Below, piece after piece: positions 1 to 17,588 of a stretch of 64,000 bases of DNA. The notes below the pieces were generated by a model, which had not been told where the DNA came from, searched no databases, and was given only the letters and a program-made list of their open reading frames with translations. The position numbers and the translations under genes were made by a program. The stretch lies in NCBI RefSeq assembly GCF_055900595.2, contig NZ_CM148325.1, one strand, 5' to 3'. Numbering within the stretch: position 1 is the first letter of the stretch; each line of letters starts with the position of its first letter.

Positions 1-482
1 ACCGTAAACAGATAGGCATCAGCAATTGTAAATCGTTGCCCGCAGATCCAGTGCTCATCCTTCAGTGCATCGTTCACATATTGCAGCTTCTTCTCCAGCT
101 GCGCGCGAACTGTCGGTTTGTACTCTTCCGGTGTATCAGGGCGAAACAGAGGCGTGAAACCTTTATGCAGCTCGGTGGCGATGTAATTCAGCCATTCGAT
201 GGTTTTATAGCGGGAAATACTGTTTACCGGTGCCAGCAACTGGCGGTCGGGGACGCTGTCGGCAAGATACTGCATAATTGCTACGCCTTCCGTCAGCAAA
301 GTACCATCGTCCATCAGCAATGCAGGCACCTGTCCCTTAGGGTTAACTGCAAAGTAATCGTCACCGTTTTCGAGACGTTTTTTCATTAAATCCACACTGA
401 CGAGCGTAAAATCCTTTCCGCTCTCACGCAGGGTGATATGGGAAGCGAGAGAGCAGGCGCCCGGTTTGTAGAACAATTTCAT
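1..482 (-). CDS. gstA: Glutathione S-transferase, N-terminal part; gene continues past window start
   Basis: Reverse complement of 391-482 translates [35 protein letters not shown]..., matching GstA; start codon at 482-480; not in ORF track because no stop in window. Confidence 0.88.
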   Translation of the reverse strand, partial: MKLFYKPGACSLASHITLRESGKDFTLVSVDLMKKRLENGDDYFAVNPKGQVPALLMDDGTLLTEGVAIMQYLADSVPDRQLLAPVNSISRYKTIEWLNYIATELHKGFTPLFRPDTPEEYKPTVRAQLEKKLQYVNDALKDEHWICGQRFTIADAYLFT

Positions 483-531
483 CGGTAACTCCTTTTGTCT
501 GTGGTTTAAAGTATGGTAGTGCGTTGCTGAA

Positions 532-565
532 CAAAAAAAAAGCCGCTAACGAAAAGTTAGCGGCT
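532..565 (-). terminator. Rho-independent terminator downstream of dtpA
   Basis: Inverted repeat agccgctaac/gttagcggct (541-565) with 5-nt loop, flanked by A9 on plus strand, giving a U-run on the minus-strand transcript. Confidence 0.65.
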
Positions 566-587
566 TGTAAAAGAGTTTCCCTGAATT

Positions 588-2090
588 TTACGCTACAGCA
601 GCTTTCGCCGCTTTGTCTGCAGCGTCATCCTGCGTCATGCGGTGCAGTTTCGGCGCGGTCAGCAGCATCAGTACCGCAATAACGGCAGTAGCGACACCAA
701 TCTGCAAGAATACGCGACCATAGACTTCCAGTGACATCAGCGGATCGGTAACGTTATCCGGCACAGCCATCATACCCGCAACATAACCACCAATCAGGTT
801 TGCACCAGCAGTGGTCAGGAACCAGCTGCCCATAATGAAGCCCATCAGACGCTGCGGAACGAGTTGTGCAACCATTGCCAGACCCAGACCAGAGATCATC
901 AGTTCCCCGATACTCTGCAGGCCATAGCTTGCGACCAGCCAGCTTACAGACACGATACCTGCGTCAGACGCGAATTTTGCACCCAGCGGCAGAATCAGGA
1001 ACGCACCAGAACACATCACCATACCGATTGCAAACTTAGTTGGCATCGGCAGGGTATCGCCCATCTTGTTATAGATAGCGGCCAGAATCGGGCTACCAAT
1101 GATGATCCAGAACGGGTTCAGTGCCTGATACTGCTCAGGTTCTACGGCCAGGCCCAGAATGGTGTGTTCAACGTTACGAATCGCAAAGAAGTTCAGTGAC
1201 GTTGGCATCTGGCTGTACAGCACGAAGAAGATAATGGCTTCGAGCATCAGGATGAAGGCAACGATCATTTTACGACGCGCAGCACCTTTCATCGCGAAGG
1301 CTTCTTTACCGAAGATAACCACGATACCAAAGGCAACAACGCCCAGCGCCATACGCGCAACTTCCTGATTGTGCAGCAGCCAGGTGGCGATAGCGATCAG
1401 CGCCACAACACCAATAATGGTCAGCAGCAGGTTACGGTAGTTGATAGGCTCGAAGTCTGGTTTTGAACCGTACTGTTTAACCCAGCGTTGGCAGAAGGCG
1501 AAGTTAACGATAGTGATCAGCAGACCGACTACGCTCAACGCAAACGCAACACTCCAGCCGTATTTCGCGGCCAGCCACGGGGTGGCGATCATAGAGAAGA
1601 AAGAGCCGATGTTGACGGACATGTAGTACATGGTGAATGCACCGTCCAGACGCGGGTCGTTTTTCTCATAGCATGTAGAAAGCAGAGAAGACGGGTTAGC
1701 TTTAAACAGGCCGTTACCGACCGCAATAGCCGCCATACCCATATAAACGATACCGGCGTCGTGACCAGACCAGGCAACCAGAGCATAACCAATCGCCAGC
1801 ACAATAGCGCCAAGCATAATTACGCGTTTAGTACCCAGTACTTTGTCACCTAACCAGCCGCCGATAGCGACCAGACCATAAACCAGGGCACTAAAGGAAG
1901 AGAAAAGGGTGATTGAATCCGCTTCAGACATACCCAGTTGTTTAACCAGGTAAACAGCCATAATTCCTTGTAGGCCGTAATAACCAAAACGTTCCCATAA
2001 CTCAATCGAGAAGATGAGATAGAACGCCTTCGGTTGTTTGAAAGCGTTCAAACTGACGCTTTCAGTTGGTTTTTGGTTTGCAGTGGACAC
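588..2090 (-). CDS. dtpA: Di/tripeptide:H+ symporter (POT family)
   Basis: 500-aa ORF; translation and length match DtpA (YdgR/TppB); position between gstA and nth. Confidence 0.95.
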
Positions 2091-2700
2091 TTTTACCTCT
2101 TTTTTTACATCCCATATTAACGGGGGTGCTTTCTCGCGTTATGCCTAAAAAACATACGCGCAATTGTTATAGTGGGAGGGGAAACGGCAGGTAATGTTCA
2201 CTATCTTGCACTTTCAGACAAGTCCTTTGTAATAATCTGTTACATATAACTGAGGCGGGGAATTCAACCATTCCGGGAAATGTTATCCAGCGTTAAATTT
2301 TTCAAAAAACGTAACGGCAGATTTTTTCACTACCCTGAGAGGGGGATGATGGCTTAACGGCGATATGTTCTGCTATTTAGCGTTTTTCCTAGTGAGATAG
2401 TCCAGTTTCTGAAAAATAGCCAGTGTAATGTTTTGTAGGTCAATATTTGTTGCGTGTGTAAATTTAAATGATTTTAACCTAGTTCTTGCAATGTTTTTAC
2501 ATTGCCACAGCATCGTGATCTTGATCACGAATGAATAGAAAATTTCGCTATTAAAAAAACAATTAACCTGCATTTTTGGTTATCCGCAAACGGATTACCT
2601 GATGATAACGCTAAGCAATGGCATCATTGACGTTAAAAAGATGTTTTAAAAGAGGATAAAGAAAGGTTATCAATGGGGTAATCGGTGTTACCCCTTTTCT

Positions 2701-3336
2701 TCAGATGTCAACTTTCTCTTTGTATTCACAAAGATCTTCAATAATACAAGAGCCACAGCGAGGCTTGCGGGCAATACAGGTATAACGCCCGTGCAGGATC
2801 AACCAATGGTGGCAGTCGACTTTAAACTCTGCCGGAACCACTTTCAGTAGCTTTTCTTCTACCTGTTCGACGTTTTTCCCCGGCGCAAATTGAGTACGAT
2901 TACAAACGCGGAAAATGTGCGTGTCGACAGCAATAGTCGGCCAGCCGAATGCGGTGTTTAATACGACGTTGGCTGTTTTACGACCTACACCAGGCAGGGC
3001 TTCAAGCGCAGCACGATCTTCAGGCACCTCGCCATTATGCTGTTCCAGTAAGATACGGCAGGTTTTGATGATATTTTCTGCTTTGCTGTTATAAAGGCCA
3101 ATAGTTTTGATATAGTTTTTCACCCCTTCGACGCCCAGCTCAAGCATCGCTGCAGGCGTATTCGCTACCGGGTAAAGTTTTGCCGTCGCCTTATTAACGC
3201 TGACATCGGTGGCCTGAGCGGAAAGCAGCACGGCAATCAGCAATTCAAAAGGCGAACTGAAATTAAGCTCAGTAGTGGGATGAGGATTGTTCTCACGCAG
3301 GCGGGTGAGGATCTCCAGGCGTTTTGCTTTGTTCAT
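2701..3336 (-). CDS. nth: Endonuclease III (DNA glycosylase/AP lyase)
   Basis: 211-aa ORF with C-terminal Cys cluster (CIARKPRCGSCII); last gene of the rsx-nth cluster; overlaps rsxE stop by 1 nt. Confidence 0.95.
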   Translation of the reverse strand: MNKAKRLEILTRLRENNPHPTTELNFSSPFELLIAVLLSAQATDVSVNKATAKLYPVANTPAAMLELGVEGVKNYIKTIGLYNSKAENIIKTCRILLEQHNGEVPEDRAALEALPGVGRKTANVVLNTAFGWPTIAVDTHIFRVCNRTQFAPGKNVEQVEEKLLKVVPAEFKVDCHHWLILHGRYTCIARKPRCGSCIIEDLCEYKEKVDI

Positions 3337-4031
3337 CAGACATTCCCTGTTTCACCGTTTGGCAATGCACCTTCGGCAGCTGCTTCAGCACGGCGCTTTT
3401 TCATTCTTTCATCAATCAGGTATTTTCCTGCCAGCATCAGTCCCAGGCCAATAAATGCACCTGGTGGCAGCATTGCCAGCAGGAAAGGGGAGTCGGTGTG
3501 GAAAATCTCCACGCGTAATACTTTGGCCCAGCTACCTAACAGCGCATCTGCACCGTCAAACAACGTGCCATTGCCGATAATTTCGCGTAGTGAACCCAGC
3601 ACGAACATGGCGCAGGTTGCGCCCATACCAATTGAAAAGCCGTCCAGTGCCGAAAGCGCCGGACCTTTTTTTGCGGCGAAGGCTTCAGCGCGGCCCACAA
3701 CGATACAGTTAGTGACAATCAGCGGAATAAAAATCCCTAACGATTGATACAGACCAAAGGCGTAGGCGTTGATCAGCATCTGTACAGCGCTGACCACCGA
3801 GGCGATGATCATCACGTAAATGGGAATGCGGATCTCGGCTGGGGTCCAGTGGCGCAGCGTCGAAATGGTCAGATTGGTCAGCGTCAGCACCAGCGTTGTC
3901 GCAAGTCCTAAACCCAGGGCGTTGGTGGCAGTGGACGTGACCGCCAGCAGCGGACAAAGGCCGAGCAACTGGACCAGCGCAGAGTTGTTTTTCCACAACC
4001 CCTGAACAATAACGTCTTTAATTTCGCTCAC
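3336..4031 (-). CDS. rsxE: Rnf/Rsx electron transport complex subunit E
   Basis: 231-aa hydrophobic ORF in conserved rsxABCDGE order. Confidence 0.92.
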   Translation of the reverse strand: MSEIKDVIVQGLWKNNSALVQLLGLCPLLAVTSTATNALGLGLATTLVLTLTNLTISTLRHWTPAEIRIPIYVMIIASVVSAVQMLINAYAFGLYQSLGIFIPLIVTNCIVVGRAEAFAAKKGPALSALDGFSIGMGATCAMFVLGSLREIIGNGTLFDGADALLGSWAKVLRVEIFHTDSPFLLAMLPPGAFIGLGLMLAGKYLIDERMKKRRAEAAAEGALPNGETGNV

Positions 4032-4034
4032 GCT

Positions 4035-4655
4035 TTATTCTCCACAGGCAGGAAGTTGAGAAAGTTGTGCCGGTAACGTCTGCGCGTACAATCCGGCGCG
4101 TTTTACCGCATTTACCACCGCGCGCGGAGTAATCGTCGCGCCGGTGAACTGGTCGAAATCACCACCATCTTTCTTCACCGCCCAGTGCGCATCATCCGCA
4201 CCACTGATTTTTTTACCCGCAAAATGGGTGATCCAGTCAGAAAGGCGCAGTTCGATTTTATCGCCAAGCCCTGGCGTTTCGTGGTGCTCTGTCACGCGCG
4301 TGCCTAGTACCGTGCCGTTAAAATCGGCTCCCACCAGCAGCTGAATCGCACCAGAATAGCCATCTGGCGCGGTTGCTTCCAGAACGGCGGCTACCGGTTT
4401 GTCATCCTGTTTGGCGATGTAAACCCGATGCTCACCTTTACCTAACTCTGGCGCAGTTACCAGATAGCAACTCTGTGCCAGCGCATTGTTATAGCGTTCG
4501 GCTGGCAGCACCTGATCAAATAACGCCTTTTGTTGCAGACTGGCCTGTTCAGCAATTGTCGTTTTGGTCATCTGGTTGATGGCCGCAGTTAACCCTGTAG
4601 AACCCGCTGCAAATAGTGCCAGTGTAATGCCGTGTTTTCGGATAGTTTTCAGCAT
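4035..4655 (-). CDS. rsxG: Rnf/Rsx complex subunit G
   Basis: 206-aa ORF with N-terminal signal/anchor; conserved operon position. Confidence 0.92.
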   Translation of the reverse strand: MLKTIRKHGITLALFAAGSTGLTAAINQMTKTTIAEQASLQQKALFDQVLPAERYNNALAQSCYLVTAPELGKGEHRVYIAKQDDKPVAAVLEATAPDGYSGAIQLLVGADFNGTVLGTRVTEHHETPGLGDKIELRLSDWITHFAGKKISGADDAHWAVKKDGGDFDQFTGATITPRAVVNAVKRAGLYAQTLPAQLSQLPACGE

Positions 4656-4658
4656 GGT

Positions 4659-5717
4659 TTACCCTTTGCGATGGCCGTAGACGCGCGGACGCGTGTAGTA
4701 ATCGATCAGAGGAACCGTGATGTTCGCCAGCAGGACGGCAAAAGCCACGCCGTCAGGATAGCCGCCGAAACTGCGGATCAACCAGACTAATAAACCCGCC
4801 AGCGCGCCGAAAATAAGACGACCACGATTGGTCGTAGAAGCGGTAACCGGGTCAGTCAAAATAAAGAATGCGCCGAGCATGGTCGCTCCAGACAGCAGAT
4901 GAATTTGCGGTGCTGCCAGTGTTTCTGGTGAGAACAACCAGCCCAACGTTGCGCATAACGCCAGCGTTACTAAGAAGCTGAGGGGAATATGCCAGCGAAT
5001 CGCTTTCTGCCATAGCAACCACACGCCGCCAGCCAGCCAGGCGAGATTCACCCATTGCCAGCCTGCACCCGCGAGAATACCGCTGTAGATAGGATATTGC
5101 ATAATCTGTTCAACCGAATGACCGGCGCGGACAGAGGTTTTGAATGTATCCAGCGGTGTTGCCTGACTTATGCCATCAATACCTAAGCGTAGTGTGTTCA
5201 TATCATTGCCACTGGTGGTATGACCGCTGAAAATAACCTGTACGGCGTCGACAAAACCAGGGATGTTGACCGCAATGTCATGCGGCGGTAACCAGCTGGT
5301 CATCTGCACCGGGAAGGAGATCAGTAAGACCACATAACCAATCATTGCCGGATTAAACGGGTTTTGCCCCAGACCGCCATACAACTGTTTAGCGATGATC
5401 ACCGCAAACACCGTACCCAGTACGACCATCCACCATGGCGCGAGGGGGGGAATACTTACCGCCAGCAATAAGCCTGTCAGCAATGCTGAGTTATCTTTCA
5501 ACGTTGCGGCTACTGATTGCTTGCGTAGTTTGAGTACGAGAGCTTCGGCTAACAGAGCACTGACCGACGCCAACAGGATCTGAACGAGAGTACCCCAACC
5601 AAAAAACCACAGTTGCGCTGCGATTCCTGGCACGGCTGCGAGCAACACCAACAGCATAATGCGCGATGTTTGGCGCTGGTTATGGGTATAAGGGGAGCTA
5701 GCTATTCTGAATACCAT
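4659..5717 (-). CDS. rsxD: Rnf/Rsx complex subunit D (polytopic membrane protein)
   Basis: 352-aa hydrophobic ORF; conserved operon position. Confidence 0.92.
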   Translation of the reverse strand: MVFRIASSPYTHNQRQTSRIMLLVLLAAVPGIAAQLWFFGWGTLVQILLASVSALLAEALVLKLRKQSVAATLKDNSALLTGLLLAVSIPPLAPWWMVVLGTVFAVIIAKQLYGGLGQNPFNPAMIGYVVLLISFPVQMTSWLPPHDIAVNIPGFVDAVQVIFSGHTTSGNDMNTLRLGIDGISQATPLDTFKTSVRAGHSVEQIMQYPIYSGILAGAGWQWVNLAWLAGGVWLLWQKAIRWHIPLSFLVTLALCATLGWLFSPETLAAPQIHLLSGATMLGAFFILTDPVTASTTNRGRLIFGALAGLLVWLIRSFGGYPDGVAFAVLLANITVPLIDYYTRPRVYGHRKG

Positions 5718-8510
<2,793 letters not shown>

Positions 8511-8511
<1 letters not shown>

Positions 8512-9092
8512 TACAACTTCACCAAACCACTAAAGCCCATAAAGGCCAGAGACATAAGACCTGCGGTAATTAACGCAATGGCATTACCGCGAAAAGGTGC
8601 CGGGACATCAGCCACAGCAAGGCGTTCGCGGATGGCGGCGAAGAGCACCATCACCAGCGAGAAACCGACAGCGGCGGAAAAACCGTACAGCGCCGACTGC
8701 AAGAAATTGTGCCCGAGATTGATATTCAGCAACGCCACGCCGAGCACTGCACAGTTGGTGGTGATAAGCGGCAAAAAAATCCCCAGCAGACGGTAAAGCA
8801 CCGGGCTGGTTTTGCGCACCACCATCTCGGTGAACTGCACAACCACAGCAATCACCAGAATAAACGCCAGGGTGCGCAGGTAAATCAGATTAAGCGGGAT
8901 CAAAATCCACGTATCGATAAGCCAGGCGCAAATAGACGCCAGCGTCATCACAAACGTTGTAGCCAGCCCCATGCCCATCGCGGTTTCCAGCTTTTTGGAA
9001 ACCCCCATAAACGGACAGAGACCGAGAAACTTGACCAGTACAAAGTTATTGACCAGTACAGTTCCGACAAACAGTAACAGGTAGTCAGTCAT
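8511..9092 (-). CDS. rsxA: Rnf/Rsx complex subunit A
   Basis: 193-aa hydrophobic ORF; first gene of the operon; 1-nt overlap with rsxB. Confidence 0.93.
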
Positions 9093-9168
9093 TTTTCGGC
9101 CTGAAATAAAAAAGCCGCCTATTATCCGTTAATCCAGAGCAGGCGACAACAGGTTAACTGTAAGGTTA

Positions 9169-9609
9169 TTACGGATTCACAAACGTCGCTTTCACCCGCG
9201 ACGAGCGTTTAAAATAGGGGACGATCAATGCGGTTGCCAACAAAGTAAACAGTAACTGGCGAACGGCTATGCCATCTTCCACGGGTGAAAAAGCGAACGC
9301 TTTTACTGCCAGCAATACGGAAATAAGCAGCCAGATAATATAGTGTTTAGGAACACAACGCCGACGTTTAAAGAAAGCGATGGTCAACCACAGTGTGTAA
9401 TACCACATGGCGATAGCGGTAATAAAAGAAACGCCCCATAAGATTTGTGTCGTCAGTGCTTGTTCGCCGAGCGTTTGAAATGTTTGCGGAGAAGATAACG
9501 CAGCGGTATACAGCAACAACGCCAGCGTCGTACTTAACAGAGCGACTAAAAGCCAGGCTAATGGGCCAAGCAACCAGCCTCCAATACGTTGTGGCGTTGT
9601 GGTGGTCAT
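9169..9609 (-). CDS. ydgK: Inner membrane protein YdgK
   Basis: ORF 9169..9633; start taken at the internal Met (MTTTTPQRIGGW...) to give the 146-aa K-12 length; start choice is from memory. Confidence 0.8.
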   Translation of the reverse strand: MTTTTPQRIGGWLLGPLAWLLVALLSTTLALLLYTAALSSPQTFQTLGEQALTTQILWGVSFITAIAMWYYTLWLTIAFFKRRRCVPKHYIIWLLISVLLAVKAFAFSPVEDGIAVRQLLFTLLATALIVPYFKRSSRVKATFVNP

Positions 9610-9694
9610 AGGTTCTCCAGAATAGCGACGCAAACAGGCAAATCTAATTTTAGGGGCGTTATTATAAGGCTTTTATAACCGATCGCTACTTTCT

Positions 9695-9910
9695 TTATTG
9701 GACATAGTGCCAGACGGACTTCGGTACCTGGCCGAGGTCAAACAAACGCCCGCCAGAAACCAGCTCTGCGCGACGGTGATCGGCAGCACGATACATATTG
9801 ATCAGTTCCTGATCGTCCGTCAGGGTGTAATTAAGATGGTCGTAGAGTTTTTCCAGACTTTCGAGTGAACTGATTTTGCGAAATTTTAATAAGTAGTCCT
9901 GAACAGTCAT
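9695..9910 (-). CDS. cnu: OriC-binding nucleoid-associated protein Cnu (YdgT, Hha family)
   Basis: 71-aa [74 protein letters not shown], Hha/YmoA-like. Confidence 0.9.
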
Positions 9911-10182
9911 AAAAGGTCCATAAAATAATTAATACCAAAGGGGTAGGTATTATTAGTGATGATAAAATTTCACCAAAAGTGAACGTTTGTATTATTACAA
10001 TAATAAGAATGCGCTGATGGTAAATATTCAGGGATGAAAAACTGCTCTGAAAAGAGTAACGCGCTTTACTATCCCTGACAATCACCAACATCATCGAACA
10101 AGATAATAAATTCCTGGTTTAATATCCGACAAGTTAAAACATGCACCCGGTCGGGCAGCATGTCGCTCTACAAGAGTAGAGT

Positions 10183-10308
10183 TTACTTGTGTTGTACCGT
10201 AGCACTCTGTTCAGGTGGCTGATAGTTGTCAATGTGACTCGCCACGCCAAGAAGAATGACTGAAACGACAAGAACGATCCAACCTGTTAATTCAATAAGA
10301 CGATTCAT
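10183..10308 (-). CDS. blr: Small membrane protein Blr (41 aa)
   Basis: Internal Met of ORF 10183..10383 gives MNRLIELTGWIVLVVSVILLGVASHIDNYQPPEQSATVQHK; ATG at 10308-10306. Confidence 0.8.
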   Translation of the reverse strand: MNRLIELTGWIVLVVSVILLGVASHIDNYQPPEQSATVQHK

Positions 10309-10550
10309 TACAGCCCACATCTCTGTTGATTGATCCATTAACTTCAGGGGGTAAATGTTACTTAGCAATAATAGCTCCAGCAAGATTTTTACTGAGGTTT
10401 TTGCGATATTTAGCTTTTGTCGTTGGAAAATTCGCTATTTTTTTGACTTAAGTTAAACAACATCCCTTATTGCTGGCAGGTTATTAAACTGTTGAGCGAG
10501 GGTAAAGGATAGTGTCAAATAGCCATCATACTTCAATGAGAGGCAATGAC

Positions 10551-11591
10551 ATGAGCGACAACATCCGTGTTGGGTTGATTGGGTATGGTTATGCGAGCAA
10601 AACCTTCCATGCGCCCCTGATTGCGGGCACGCCCGGGCTGGAACTGGCGGTAATCTCCAGCAGCGATGAAACAAAAGTAAAAGCCGACTGGCCAACGGTT
10701 ACGGTTGTCTCTGAGCCGAAGCATCTGTTTAACGATCCCAACATAGACCTGATTGTCATTCCTACACCCAACGATACCCATTTTCCGTTAGCCAAAGCGG
10801 CGCTTGAGGCGGGTAAACATGTGGTCGTTGATAAACCCTTTACCGTGACACTGTCACAAGCGCGAGAGCTGGAAGCGCTGGCAAAAAGCCTGGGGCGTGT
10901 GCTGTCTGTATTCCATAACCGTCGCTGGGATAGCGATTTCCTGACGCTAAAAGGTTTGCTCGCGGAAGGCGTACTGGGTGAAGTTGCTTACTTTGAGTCT
11001 CATTTTGACCGCTTCCGTCCGCAGGTGCGCGATCGTTGGCGTGAACAGGGCGGCCCTGGCAGCGGTATCTGGTACGATTTAGCACCGCATCTTCTTGATC
11101 AGGCCATTACGCTATTTGGTTTACCGGTTAGCATGACGGTAGATTTGGCACAGTTACGGCCCGGAGCGCAGTCGACTGATTATTTCCACGCCATCTTGTC
11201 CTATCCGCAGCGGCGAGTCATTTTACACGGCACCATGCTGGCAGCCGCTGAGTCAGCACGTTATATCGTGCATGGATCCCGAGGCAGTTATGTGAAATAT
11301 GGCCTCGATCCACAGGAAGAATGTCTGAAAAATGGCGAGCGTCTGCCGCAGGAAGACTGGGGCTACGATATGCGTGATGGCGTACTTACCCGCGTGGAAG
11401 GTGAGGAACGTGTCGAAGAAACGCTGTTGACGGTGCCGGGGAATTATCCGGCTTACTATGCGGCTATTCGTGATGCGTTAAATGGCGATGGTGAAAATCC
11501 GGTTCCGGCAAGTCAGGCAATCCAGGTAATGGAGTTGATTGAGCTGGGCATCGAATCCGCCAAACATCGCGCGACTTTGTGCCTTGCGTGA
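10551..11591 (+). CDS. ydgJ: Gfo/Idh/MocA-family NAD(P)-dependent oxidoreductase
   Basis: ORF 10512..11591; start taken at MSDNIRVGLIGYGYASK (346 aa), a Rossmann N-terminus typical of this family. Confidence 0.88.
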   Translation: MSDNIRVGLIGYGYASKTFHAPLIAGTPGLELAVISSSDETKVKADWPTVTVVSEPKHLFNDPNIDLIVIPTPNDTHFPLAKAALEAGKHVVVDKPFTVTLSQARELEALAKSLGRVLSVFHNRRWDSDFLTLKGLLAEGVLGEVAYFESHFDRFRPQVRDRWREQGGPGSGIWYDLAPHLLDQAITLFGLPVSMTVDLAQLRPGAQSTDYFHAILSYPQRRVILHGTMLAAAESARYIVHGSRGSYVKYGLDPQEECLKNGERLPQEDWGYDMRDGVLTRVEGEERVEETLLTVPGNYPAYYAAIRDALNGDGENPVPASQAIQVMELIELGIESAKHRATLCLA

Positions 11592-11626
11592 AAAGGGGAT
11601 GGTGCAATTAGCACCATCCATTTTTG

Positions 11627-12628
11627 TTACTTCGCGGCGACTTTTTCTCGCAGTGCGCGTTTTTCCTCTGCGCTGAGGAAAGCCATTTCCAGACCATTAA
11701 TCTGTGCCTGGCGGATTTGCTCGCGGGATAACCCAGCAGCTGGCGCGGCAACGGTATATTCGTGAATGATATCCACTCCCTGTACGCCGGGATCGTCAGT
11801 GTTAATGCTGGCACGAATGCCATGCTCAAGGAACGTTTTCAGCGGATGTGCCGCCAGCTCTGCCACGGTGCTGGTCTGAATATTGGAGGTCAGACAGGAT
11901 TCAATACCAATTTCCTGCTCGGCGAGAAAATCCATCAGCGCCCGATCTTCAATGGCTTTTACGCCATGTCCAATACGTTCCGCCCCCAGTTCACGAATCG
12001 CCTGCCAGATGCTTTCCGGCCCGGCAGCTTCGCCTGCATGGACGGTAATATGCCAGCCCGCATCACGCGCGCGGTTGAAGTGAGAAAGGAACAGACTTCC
12101 CGGGAAACCAAGTTCATCACCGGCTAAATCAAGTGCGGTAATCTGGTCACGGTGGGCTAAAAAGGCCTCCAGTTCTTGCTGACAGGCGGCTTCACCGAAG
12201 GTCCGGCTCATAATGCCGATAAGCTTCGCCTGCACACCAAAGGTGCGGCAACCTTCACGTACGCCATCGATCACCGCTTCGACAACACCCGCTACAGGCA
12301 GCTGATGTGCCATTGCCATGTAGCCTGGTGAAAAACGCAGCTCGACATAGTGCAGGCCGTTACGGGCTGCATCTTCAATGTTTTCAAATGCCACGCGGCG
12401 GCAAGCATCAAGAGAGGCGAGAACTTTAACGCCCCAGTCAAGTTTGGTCAGAAAGCTCACAAGATCGGGTTCGTTGGCAATGACCTGAACGTGGGGAATC
12501 AGTGTTTCCAGGGATTGTGCAGGAAGCGAGATATTATACTGGCGGCCAAGTTCAAGAATGGTCTGGGGACGAATGTTGCCATCAAGGTGGCGATGGATAT
12601 CAGTTAATGGCAGGGTGGTATCAATCAT
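11627..12628 (-). CDS. add: Adenosine deaminase
   Basis: 333-aa ORF with the metal-dependent hydrolase signature (start [17 protein letters not shown]). Confidence 0.95.
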   Translation of the reverse strand: MIDTTLPLTDIHRHLDGNIRPQTILELGRQYNISLPAQSLETLIPHVQVIANEPDLVSFLTKLDWGVKVLASLDACRRVAFENIEDAARNGLHYVELRFSPGYMAMAHQLPVAGVVEAVIDGVREGCRTFGVQAKLIGIMSRTFGEAACQQELEAFLAHRDQITALDLAGDELGFPGSLFLSHFNRARDAGWHITVHAGEAAGPESIWQAIRELGAERIGHGVKAIEDRALMDFLAEQEIGIESCLTSNIQTSTVAELAAHPLKTFLEHGIRASINTDDPGVQGVDIIHEYTVAAPAAGLSREQIRQAQINGLEMAFLSAEEKRALREKVAAK

Positions 12629-12731
12629 GGTCGCACTCTTTTTCTGGATATAAAAGTGCGCACCATTATAAAAACAAAGCAGGGTAAAAATCCACGATTG
12701 CGCAACGATTTTTTACGTTGCGCAATTGGGG

Positions 12732-13904
12732 TTAACGAACAGCGCGGATGGCGTTAATTAATCCAGCAACACCTTTTTCCAGTTTCGAACGCGGGCAGCC
12801 GGCATTGAGACGGACAAAACCACGACCTTCTTCACCGTAGGTATACCCCGGCATGATCGCGACCTTCTCTTGCTCGATAAGCGCTTTTTGCAACGCGTTG
12901 TCGTCAATATTCAATGGACGTAGATCAAGCCAGGCCAGATAAGTGGATTGCGGGATCTGCCAATTGAGTTCAGGGAACGCGGCGTTCATTTTATCTGCAA
13001 TATACGTCAGGTTATCTTTCAGATAGACGCGTAAGGCATCCAGCCACGGCGCGCCTTGCTGATAGGCGGCGATATGGGCAGTTAACGCCAGTACTGAAGG
13101 GGAAGAAAGGCCATCACGTCCTTTCAGTGCTGATAAATAGGCATCACGGCTGCTGCTATTTTCTATAATCCCGTAAGCACCGGTCAGGGCGGGAATATTG
13201 AAACTTTTCGATCCCGACGTTAGCAATGCCCAGTCTCCGCGCGCCACATTACTCCAGGGAATATGCGGCTGCTCGCCCCAAACCATATCCATATGGATTT
13301 CATCGGAAATAACCCGCACACCATGACGCTCACACAGGTCAGCCATGATCTCCAGCTCATCGCACGTCCACACTTTCCCGGTAGGATTCTGTGGGCTACA
13401 CAGGAGCATAATTTTACATTCTGGTTTCGCCAGCACGGCTTCCAGCTTGTCCATATCGCAAAACCAGCCGTCAGGCTGCTTCTCTAAAGCAACGGGCATT
13501 ACTGTGCGCTGGTTACCTTCAATGGCCTTATAAAATGCGTCATAGGCGGGTGTGTGGATCACCACGCCTTCACCTGTTTCAGACCACTGACGAATCAGTT
13601 CTGAAACCATATAGATAACAGAAGGGCCATACACCACCGACTGAGGATCGATGGCGGTGTAATGCTGGGTGGAAAACCAGTGGGCAATAGCCGCGAGAAA
13701 CTCATCGTTTTTCCAGCGGCTGTAACCAAACACGCCGTGCATCAGGCGCTGATTCAGCGCCTCGATAATGCAGGGGGCAGTGGCAAAATCCATGTCTGAA
13801 ATCGTGAACGGTAACAGGTCAGCAGTGCCGAAACGGTCAGCGACATAATCCCACTGCGTACACCATGTGCCATGACGATCCACGACCTTTGAAAAATCGA
13901 ACAT
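12732..13904 (-). CDS. malY: PLP-dependent cystathionine beta-lyase / MalT antagonist MalY
   Basis: 390-aa ORF; aminotransferase-class fold; directly downstream of malX. Confidence 0.94.
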   Translation of the reverse strand: MFDFSKVVDRHGTWCTQWDYVADRFGTADLLPFTISDMDFATAPCIIEALNQRLMHGVFGYSRWKNDEFLAAIAHWFSTQHYTAIDPQSVVYGPSVIYMVSELIRQWSETGEGVVIHTPAYDAFYKAIEGNQRTVMPVALEKQPDGWFCDMDKLEAVLAKPECKIMLLCSPQNPTGKVWTCDELEIMADLCERHGVRVISDEIHMDMVWGEQPHIPWSNVARGDWALLTSGSKSFNIPALTGAYGIIENSSSRDAYLSALKGRDGLSSPSVLALTAHIAAYQQGAPWLDALRVYLKDNLTYIADKMNAAFPELNWQIPQSTYLAWLDLRPLNIDDNALQKALIEQEKVAIMPGYTYGEEGRGFVRLNAGCPRSKLEKGVAGLINAIRAVR

Positions 13905-13913
13905 ATCTTATCC

Positions 13914-16709
<2,796 letters not shown>

Positions 16710-16820
16710 TCCTCTCTTTATCTGCTATACCTGGTAGTGTCCTTTCCTCAAGGTTAATGATAAAAAATGTGGCACACAGGCGGTGCCTTTTATTTTTACT
16801 GAAGTTCACAGGAGGTTTAT

Positions 16821-17588
16821 GTGTTTAATTCTGACAACCTGAGACTCGACGGAAAATGCGCCATCATTACAGGTGCGGGTGCAGGTATTGGTAAAGAAAT
16901 CGCCATTACATTCGCGACAGCTGGCGCATCTGTGGTGGTCAGTGATATTAACGCCGATGCAGCTAATCATGTTGTAGATGAAATTCAACAACTGGGTGGT
17001 CAGGCATTTGCCTGCCGCTGCGATATTACTTCCGAACAGGAACTCTCTGCACTGGCAGACTTTGCCGTCAGTAAGCTGGGTAAAGTTGATATTCTGGTTA
17101 ACAACGCCGGTGGCGGTGGTCCTAAACCGTTTGATATGCCAATGGCGGATTTTCGCCGTGCTTATGAACTGAATGTGTTTTCTTTTTTCCATCTGTCACA
17201 ACTTGTTGCGCCAGAAATGGAAAAAAATGGCGGTGGCGTTATTCTGACCATCACTTCTATGGCGGCAGAAAATAAAAATATCAACATGACCTCCTATGCG
17301 TCATCTAAAGCTGCGGCCAGTCATCTGGTCAGAAATATGGCGTTTGACCTGGGTGAAAAAAATATTCGGGTGAATGGCATTGCGCCGGGGGCAATATTAA
17401 CCGATGCCCTGAAATCCGTTATTACACCAGAAATTGAACAAAAAATGTTACAGCACACGCCGATCAGACGTCTGGGCCAACCGCAAGATATTGCTAACGC
17501 GGCGCTATTCCTTTGCTCGCCTGCAGCCAGCTGGGTAAGCGGACAAATTCTCACCGTCTCCGGTGGTGGGGTACAGGAGCTCAATTAA
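16821..17588 (+). CDS. hdhA: 7-alpha-hydroxysteroid dehydrogenase (SDR family)
   Basis: 255-aa ORF with SDR motifs (TGAGAGIG; Y-x3-K region). Confidence 0.93.
   Translation: MFNSDNLRLDGKCAIITGAGAGIGKEIAITFATAGASVVVSDINADAANHVVDEIQQLGGQAFACRCDITSEQELSALADFAVSKLGKVDILVNNAGGGGPKPFDMPMADFRRAYELNVFSFFHLSQLVAPEMEKNGGGVILTITSMAAENKNINMTSYASSKAAASHLVRNMAFDLGEKNIRVNGIAPGAILTDALKSVITPEIEQKMLQHTPIRRLGQPQDIANAALFLCSPAASWVSGQILTVSGGGVQELN

Noticed and set aside
36-389. 117-aa plus-strand ORF at the window start
   Set aside because: Lies antisense inside gstA, whose minus-strand translation is an unambiguous match to GstA; no independent support.
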